DNA of 64,000 bases, taken from contig CAWIIP010000005.1 in the NCBI GenBank assembly GCA_963836235.1, positions 224,001 to 288,000 of the forward strand. The letters run 5' to 3'. Positions 58,244 to 64,000 of the stretch are shown here, piece after piece. The DNA comes from an uncultured Pseudomonadota bacterium. GTDB taxonomy: Bacteria; Oederibacteriota; Muellerivitia; Muellerivitales; Muellerivitaceae. Position numbers and translations under genes: made by a program. The notes beneath the pieces are model-generated. The model worked only from the letters and a program-made list of their open reading frames with translations. It searched no databases and was not told the DNA's origin. Each line of letters starts with the position of its first letter. The stretch's first letter is position 1.

Positions 58244-58537
58244 TTATTTAGCGGGCTTGTCGTTGGGGCGGCGGTAAATCTCGACCTTTTCCGGGGGATC
58301 GCCCTGCGTGGTTTCGGTCACGAATTCCCAGCCTTGGGCCTTGAGGGCCTTATCATCCACGGGGGACGTGAGATATTGGTAGAGGTATGGCATGCGGAAG
58401 GTCATGTATTCGTAAAGCCCGGCCATCCCCATGAGGAAAAGCAGAACGAGCAGAATGATTTCCAATTTGGAGACGCGGGGCTTTTCGGAGTCGGGGCCTA
58501 GGCGGGTGGGTATCTTAAGTTCTTCAAACATTTTCAT
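58244..58537 (-). CDS. Single-TM hypothetical protein
   Basis: 97-aa ORF with one TM. Confidence 0.5.
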   Translation of the reverse strand: MKMFEELKIPTRLGPDSEKPRVSKLEIILLVLLFLMGMAGLYEYMTFRMPYLYQYLTSPVDDKALKAQGWEFVTETTQGDPPEKVEIYRRPNDKPAK

Positions 58538-58731
58538 TTTTCAAAAATTTGGTTTCCATCCCGGTGATTCCAGCGCCTTAACCCCCACGATTCAATCCCC
58601 ATCATTTCGCTCAAAGACAAACCTTCACAGGCCATTGCTTGTTCGGCTCGGGGATTCAGTTTCGCACATTCCTCTGAAAAAGACCTCTTTTTAAGGGCTT
58701 TGAATTTTTCCTGAAGCGCTTGGCGGACCAC
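58534..58731 (-). pseudogene. Possible degenerate CopG-type antitoxin remnant
   Basis: RSQVVRQAL.EK......ECAKLNP.AEQAMA.EGL resembles RHH antitoxins; no toxin adjacent. Confidence 0.3.
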
Positions 58732-58835
58732 CTGGCTTCGACTTGAAAAATATTTTTTCTTTGCCCACCATTCGAGGATTTTCGGAATTTTTATCAGCGG
58801 AGACGTCTATTTTAACAGATGAGGTCACGGCTAAT

Positions 58836-59192
58836 TTAATTATTGAAGGCTTTACTCAAGGCGATTTCAACATTGGGATAGGCCTTTAAAATGGTACCGA
58901 ATTCCAGGGAAAGGTAGACTTCCAAAACCCCGGCGTTCATCCCCGCCAGAACCAAATCCCCTTCCTGCTCGCGGATCTGTTTGATCTCGCTGATAAAAAC
59001 GCCCCACCCCGCGCTGCCGATGTAATCCACGCCCTTCAAGTCGACGATCAGCTTGTATTTTTTATCCATCACCGCCGAAAGAAGTTTTTTCCGGAATTCG
59101 GGGGCCGTCAGGGTATCGATTTGGCCCTTCACGGAAAGAAGCGTGATATTTTTGTTTTCGGGATGGTAGGTAACGTCTATCGAGATTTTCAT
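58836..59192 (-). CDS. STAS-domain anti-sigma factor antagonist
   Basis: GQIDTLTAP, DLKGVDYIGSAGWGV. Confidence 0.88.
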   Translation of the reverse strand: MKISIDVTYHPENKNITLLSVKGQIDTLTAPEFRKKLLSAVMDKKYKLIVDLKGVDYIGSAGWGVFISEIKQIREQEGDLVLAGMNAGVLEVYLSLEFGTILKAYPNVEIALSKAFNN

Positions 59193-59482
59193 GGAAGTTC
59201 CTCCGGCGGTTTAAACTGGAAATTCAGTTTAGGGTTTTTGAAAAGAAGAGTCACTAAATTCCCGGTAAGATTTTGGTAAACGAAATCATGGAATAAAATT
59301 TTCGAAGGAATGGAATTTGTGACACGGTAAACAGACAAAAGTGTTGAACCTCCAACCCCGAGAGGCCCGGTCCATGGTCCCTTAAGATTTTTTTGCGGAT
59401 AAAAAGAGACTGTGCTAAACGGAAGCGAAAAAAATATTCACCCACCATGACCGCGAAAGATCCAAACCAACGGAAGGGATAT

Positions 59483-61735
59483 CTATTCCAAAACCAACAT
59501 CTTCCCGGTGGATTTTCCCTGTTCCGTGAGGACCACCAGGTAATAAACCCCGCCGGCCAGAGGATGGCCCCAATGGTCGGTGAGCGTCACGGAAAGTGGA
59601 GTGCCGGAAGGCACGTTTGGGAAAGTCTCTTTCTTCACCAGCCGAAAGGCCACCGTGAATATTTCCACCGTCACTTGGGAGGAACCCGGATAGGCCGAAG
59701 GCACCACATTGACCGGGCCCCCGGAGGTGGGGTTGGGGTAGATCGCGACCTTCGAGTTGTTCGGCGGGGTGGAAGTGAGAGAGCTCGTTGAACTCATGGT
59801 CCCCAGGGCGGTGGGCGCGGGAGTCGCGGTAGAGACGGAAGTCACCGTGGGTGTCACGGAAGAGGTGCTGGACGGCGCCGGGGTCGCTGTCCCGGAGGCG
59901 CTGGCCGTTACGGAAGGCGTGGGGCTGTTCGTGGGGATTCCGGTCGCCGTCAAGGTGGGCGGCAAGGTTCCCGTAGGGCCGAGGGTGAGGGTCAAGGTTT
60001 CTCTATTGGTGGGGCTGAAGCTGGGTGTGCTGGTAGATGTCGCTGAGGCGGTCCATGTCGGGGAAGCGGTGACGCTGTCCGTCGGGCTATTCGAAGCGGT
60101 GGGCGACGGTGAACTGGTCGAACTGGCGGAAGGGCTGTTCGTCACGGTCATCGCCGGGGTCGAGGTCGCGCTTTGGGTTATCGTGGAAGTCGAAGAAGCC
60201 GTCGGAGTCAAGGAGGGGGTGGGAGTGAGTGAAACAGTGCTACTGGGCGTTACCGTGGCCGAGTCGGTCGCCGTTGAGGTGGGCGGCAAGGTGCCTGTGG
60301 GACTGTTGGTTGGGGTACCGGTGAGGGTCGGAGTCACGGTACCGCTGCTGGTGGGGCTAAGGGTCGCCGTTCCCGTGGAAGTTACGGTGGCGGTCGCCGT
60401 CGGGGTTCGGGTGGGCGTTGGACTCGGGCTGGAGGTGGGCGAACTGGCCGTCAAGCTTGCGGTTCCCGTGCTGGTGGGGGAAAGGGTCGGGCTGTTGGTT
60501 AAGGTCGGGGTAGGGGTAGATGAAGGTGAGCCCGTCGCGCTCGCCGTAACGGTTTTCGTGGCGGTGGATGTGGAAGTGGGTGTCGGGCTGTTCGAAGCGG
60601 TCCCGGTCGGGCTTCCGGTGGGGGTCGGACACGAAGTTCCGCTGGCCGTGAAAGAAGGAGTGGATGTCAAGCTGTTCGTCGGGGTGCCGGTGGGACTGCC
60701 CGTGGCGGTTTTCGTGGGGCTCGAACTCGGCGTGGCGCTGGAGCTGGGTGTGAAAGTGAGTGTGAAATTCGCAGTCTTTGTCGGGGTGAAGGACGGCGTG
60801 ACACTGGCGGTCGAGGTGGGTGACGGTGAGCTTGTCGAACCCGCGGTGGAACTGGAAGTAAATGTGGGCGTGACCGTTGCGGTGTTGCCGGGGGTGGAGG
60901 TGGGCACGACGGTGCAGCCGCTGTTGACGGCCACCGAGAAAGAGTTGCTGACGAAAGGCACGCCCCCCGTCCTCAGCTCGTCCCCTGCCTCGACCGCGGC
61001 CAGGTACCAGGTATTTTGGATGAAGCCCCGGGAAAGGGCGTCGTTAAAGAAGGACATGAGGTTCAAGTCGCTCACCGAGGAGACATTGGAGGTGATTTGG
61101 TAGGACATATAGGTCCAGCCCAGGGTGGAGGAAGGGGTTTCGTAAAGGTTCCAGGTAAGGCCACAGAGGGAGATTCCGGTGGCCACGGTGACCGAGGCCG
61201 TGGGCAGGGGCGTGTTGCCCACGTAGTTCAGCCAAATCATCAGTTCCGCGCCGCCGGCGAAACCGCCGCTGTCGCTGGCGCAGGTGCTTTGGGAAGTGGA
61301 GCTGAACCAGATGTCATAGGCGATGTCGTAGGAATCCCCCGTGGTGGTCGCCGGGGCCGAGAAATTCCAGCTGGAGGTGACGCAGGTAAGGCTGCTTTCC
61401 AGCATGGGAAGGTTGCTGCCGGGACTGGCGGTGCCGAAGTGGCAGCCGTAATAAATGGAAGGGTAGCTGGCCACGGATGGCGCGCAGGTGAATGTGGCCT
61501 CGGTGACGCCAAAGGCCCCAGTGGCGTTGTTGATGGTCACGCATTGGGTGCCTGCGCAGGCTCCCTGGTTCCAGTAATTGGTCTGCACATTGTAAGCGGG
61601 GGAGCCGGTGGTGCTGATCGTATCGTATTGGGCGCAGGTGGCGGTGGTTTGGGCGGCGGCGGGGGAAAACCAAAGCAACATCGGGAGAAAAAAGAAAACC
61701 CTCCCCAGCGCTGGGAGGGTAAAGGACGGAAGCAT
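59483..61735 (-). CDS. GH12 endoglucanase with long Ser/Thr/Pro linker and T9SS-like C-terminal domain
   Basis: N.W, YPSIY.G, YDIAYDIW, ELMIW, EAG.E; terminal IYPNP...GVYYL...GKMLVLE. Confidence 0.85.
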   Translation of the reverse strand: MLPSFTLPALGRVFFFLPMLLWFSPAAAQTTATCAQYDTISTTGSPAYNVQTNYWNQGACAGTQCVTINNATGAFGVTEATFTCAPSVASYPSIYYGCHFGTASPGSNLPMLESSLTCVTSSWNFSAPATTTGDSYDIAYDIWFSSTSQSTCASDSGGFAGGAELMIWLNYVGNTPLPTASVTVATGISLCGLTWNLYETPSSTLGWTYMSYQITSNVSSVSDLNLMSFFNDALSRGFIQNTWYLAAVEAGDELRTGGVPFVSNSFSVAVNSGCTVVPTSTPGNTATVTPTFTSSSTAGSTSSPSPTSTASVTPSFTPTKTANFTLTFTPSSSATPSSSPTKTATGSPTGTPTNSLTSTPSFTASGTSCPTPTGSPTGTASNSPTPTSTSTATKTVTASATGSPSSTPTPTLTNSPTLSPTSTGTASLTASSPTSSPSPTPTRTPTATATVTSTGTATLSPTSSGTVTPTLTGTPTNSPTGTLPPTSTATDSATVTPSSTVSLTPTPSLTPTASSTSTITQSATSTPAMTVTNSPSASSTSSPSPTASNSPTDSVTASPTWTASATSTSTPSFSPTNRETLTLTLGPTGTLPPTLTATGIPTNSPTPSVTASASGTATPAPSSTSSVTPTVTSVSTATPAPTALGTMSSTSSLTSTPPNNSKVAIYPNPTSGGPVNVVPSAYPGSSQVTVEIFTVAFRLVKKETFPNVPSGTPLSVTLTDHWGHPLAGGVYYLVVLTEQGKSTGKMLVLE

Positions 61736-62164
61736 GGGCTTCAAGGGGGAGGCCTTTCACGGCGCCAGGGATTTCAATTTTCAAACATCATATCGCTCCC
61801 TTCCCCTCCTTGCCACTTTGAACGCCTTTTTCCTCTTGCAAAAAAATTCAGCCAAATAAAAAAACCGAAACCGGTTCAAGAGGGATGCTGGAAGGTTAAA
61901 CCTGATTGGATTCAGTCTTTGGATCGAGTCCAGGGAAATGTTTTTTTGATTCGCCGTCCATGCGGGACGGAACCGTTCAATGATTCGGGAGAGGTGAGGG
62001 CGATACTTGTTTCGCGCCCCTTTGGACGGAATAACCAGAGGACAAAAGATCGATAATCTAGTAGCGGTTCATGTCCACAACGCAAAAAGGTAAACCTGCA
62101 TTCCACAAAAACCTTATCTTTTGTGTTATTTCTCAATTAAACCTTTTCAACGTATAATCTTGTC

Positions 62165-62899
62165 ATGAAATGCCCTGAATGCGACTTGGAACAGCACGAC
62201 AACGCAACCCTCTGCTCCGGATGCGGCTTGAGTTTCGAAATGTGGCGCAAGCATAATCCCGACCTAGCCAAAAGGCCGCCGGTTCCACCCAAAGAGATGG
62301 CCTTCCCGGCCTCGGAGGAGGAACCCACAGCCAAAGCCAATCCCGCCCCGGCGGAACCTCCCCCCGAACGCCCTGAAACTAAGGCCTCAAGTATAGAACC
62401 GGAGTTAGGAGAGAATCCTGGTGAGAAAAAAAATTTCCAATGGACTCCCCTTCTCGGGGCCGGCCTGGGCCTGGTCATCGCCCTGATCCTGACCGGAATT
62501 TACCTTGCCTACCTGGCCTTCAAGCCCATTCCAAATTCGGACGTCGAAAATGAACAGCCCACGGTCGTATCCATGACGGGGTCCTCTTCCACTCCCGATA
62601 ACGGATCCCCCCAGGCCTCAACTCCCACCCCCGAAATCACGCCGGTAGAACCGGCTCCCACCGCCGCCGACGGTTCTGATAGTTCCACCGATTCTACGGC
62701 TGCCGCGCCGGCCGTGGACACTCCAACCAACTCTTCCGATGTGTCTTCTGCCACAAACATGGGAACGGCATCGGCTTCTCTGGCAACCCCATCCCCCGCT
62801 GCCGCGGCACCCATGCGCCCGCCCGCCCCCTTCTCCAGCCCTGACCTTTTGGAATCCTCTCAACCCCTCCCCACCCCCACCGCGATCTCCCTTCCCTGA
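62165..62899 (+). CDS. Zinc-ribbon, single-TM, low-complexity protein
   Basis: MKCPEC...CSGCG, TM, Ser/Thr/Pro tail. Confidence 0.65.
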   Translation: MKCPECDLEQHDNATLCSGCGLSFEMWRKHNPDLAKRPPVPPKEMAFPASEEEPTAKANPAPAEPPPERPETKASSIEPELGENPGEKKNFQWTPLLGAGLGLVIALILTGIYLAYLAFKPIPNSDVENEQPTVVSMTGSSSTPDNGSPQASTPTPEITPVEPAPTAADGSDSSTDSTAAAPAVDTPTNSSDVSSATNMGTASASLATPSPAAAAPMRPPAPFSSPDLLESSQPLPTPTAISLP

Positions 62900-63030
62900 C
62901 CCAATAACCGAGGGAATCTTCGACGGGTACGGGCCCTTTAAAAGTCTCCTTATTCTCCAAATAAAAAACCCCCCGGCCATAAGGCAGGAGGGTTTTAGAA
63001 AACTATTCAAATCTGTTTAAGGGCTATTTT

Positions 63031-63594
63031 TCATTTTCCCTGGTGAATTAAAAGTTCCGTCCTGCGATTCTTGGCACGATTTTCAGGTGTATCGTTCGGG
63101 GCGACCGGATCTTGATCTCCCATACCACGGGCCGTAATGCGATCGGCCGAGACCCCGTCTTTAACCAGTTGCGTCTTCACGGCTTGGGCCCGACGTTTGG
63201 AAAGGCTCAAATTGCCTTCTTTGCTGCCGCTGTTGTCCGTATAACCCGTTACTGTTACGGTTTCATCCGGATATTGGTTCAGTTGATCCGCGATCTTGGC
63301 CAGGCTCTCCACCGCCGCCGGATTCAAGTCCGCCTTTCCTTTGGCGAAGGATAAATCCCCCTTGAGATTGACCTTGATGCCCTCGCTGGTTTGAGTGGTT
63401 TCCCCCACGCTAGCCAGGGCCTGGGCTTGCTGGTCCATGGCTTTTGAGGCGACGGTTTTGGATTTCGCCTCTGGAGTGGCGGTGGCTCCGGTATTTTCAG
63501 AAGAGCTGCTCGGCTTGATAAATAATCCCAAAACACAGCAACCATTCAAAGCAACAACCCCAGCCCCGAGCAACAGATATTTTAAAAACTTCAT
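63031..63594 (-). CDS. OmpA family lipoprotein
   Basis: LNGC lipobox; GYTDNSG...NLSLS.RRAQAV, NRR.E. Confidence 0.9.
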   Translation of the reverse strand: MKFLKYLLLGAGVVALNGCCVLGLFIKPSSSSENTGATATPEAKSKTVASKAMDQQAQALASVGETTQTSEGIKVNLKGDLSFAKGKADLNPAAVESLAKIADQLNQYPDETVTVTGYTDNSGSKEGNLSLSKRRAQAVKTQLVKDGVSADRITARGMGDQDPVAPNDTPENRAKNRRTELLIHQGK

Positions 63595-63798
63595 AATTTC
63601 TTTCTCCTTAAATTTTCCCGAAAAACAAAAACTGAAATTGTTTTCCATAGGTTACATTCCCGACTTGGCCGCTAAGGATACCGCAAAATCAGCCAGTCGG
63701 GTTCAATTTTTTTAGGAATAACCCGGAAAAGGTGGTGAGAAAATCGGTTAGGCTTAGAGAATTCCTTTTAAAATTGAACCCCACTCGCTCCTCGAATT

Positions 63799-64000
63799 TC
63801 ATTTCAGGTCTTGGGAACGATCGGACGAGATTTTTAACTCCGCCATGATGTCGGCGGTAGCCTGTGGGGCCTTGGCGGCGTCAAATACAATCTTAGATCC
63901 GAACCAGACGTGGTCTTCCAGCTCGATCACGTGATAGCCTCCTATCGGATTCTTGAAAGCGGCGATGATATCCTTCATTTGCGAAATGGGGCGCCCGTTC
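63799..64000 (-). CDS. C-terminal end of probable Deg/HtrA-like PDZ protease (partial)
   Basis: Own translation: NGRPISQMKDIIAAF...ISSDRSQDLK*. Confidence 0.5.
   Translation of the reverse strand, partial: NGRPISQMKDIIAAFKNPIGGYHVIELEDHVWFGSKIVFDAAKAPQATADIMAELKISSDRSQDLK

Noticed and set aside
59757-61103. Long Val/Gly-rich plus-strand ORF (and similar ORFs at 13288, 18910, 36191, 51590)
   Set aside because: Antisense shadows of Thr/Pro-rich linkers

Overview
Chromosomal window from a moderately GC-rich diderm bacterium (outer-membrane barrel, OmpA, TolB-like and lipoprotein genes). The flanks (1-12 kb and 49.5-64 kb) carry a metal-uptake operon behind a DUF2946-like leader, tatA, a TMEM175 channel, a rhomboid, a TAXI receptor, HU, Prx6, STAS, a GH12 glucanase and OmpA. 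The centre is a ~37.4-kb integrative element (12069-49490) inserted in tRNA-Arg(UCG). It is bounded by a 45-bp direct repeat of the tRNA 5' half, with a tyrosine integrase, excisionase, Replic_Relax-type protein and VirD4-like coupling protein at the right end. The cargo has four notable parts. (i) A 4454-aa secreted protein with an N-terminal SpoIID-like domain. (ii) A second, broken copy of the same three-gene layout with a GH18 domain instead. (iii) Three same-strand ~0.7-kb cassettes (BrnT/A-like, MazF/antitoxin, DHFR-like), each delimited by a 30-bp palindromic site; this is integron-like but the sites are not attC. (iv) IS1380, IS30 and a Y1 transposase with perfect terminal inverted repeats. 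All family calls are by-eye motif recognition; no database search was run.
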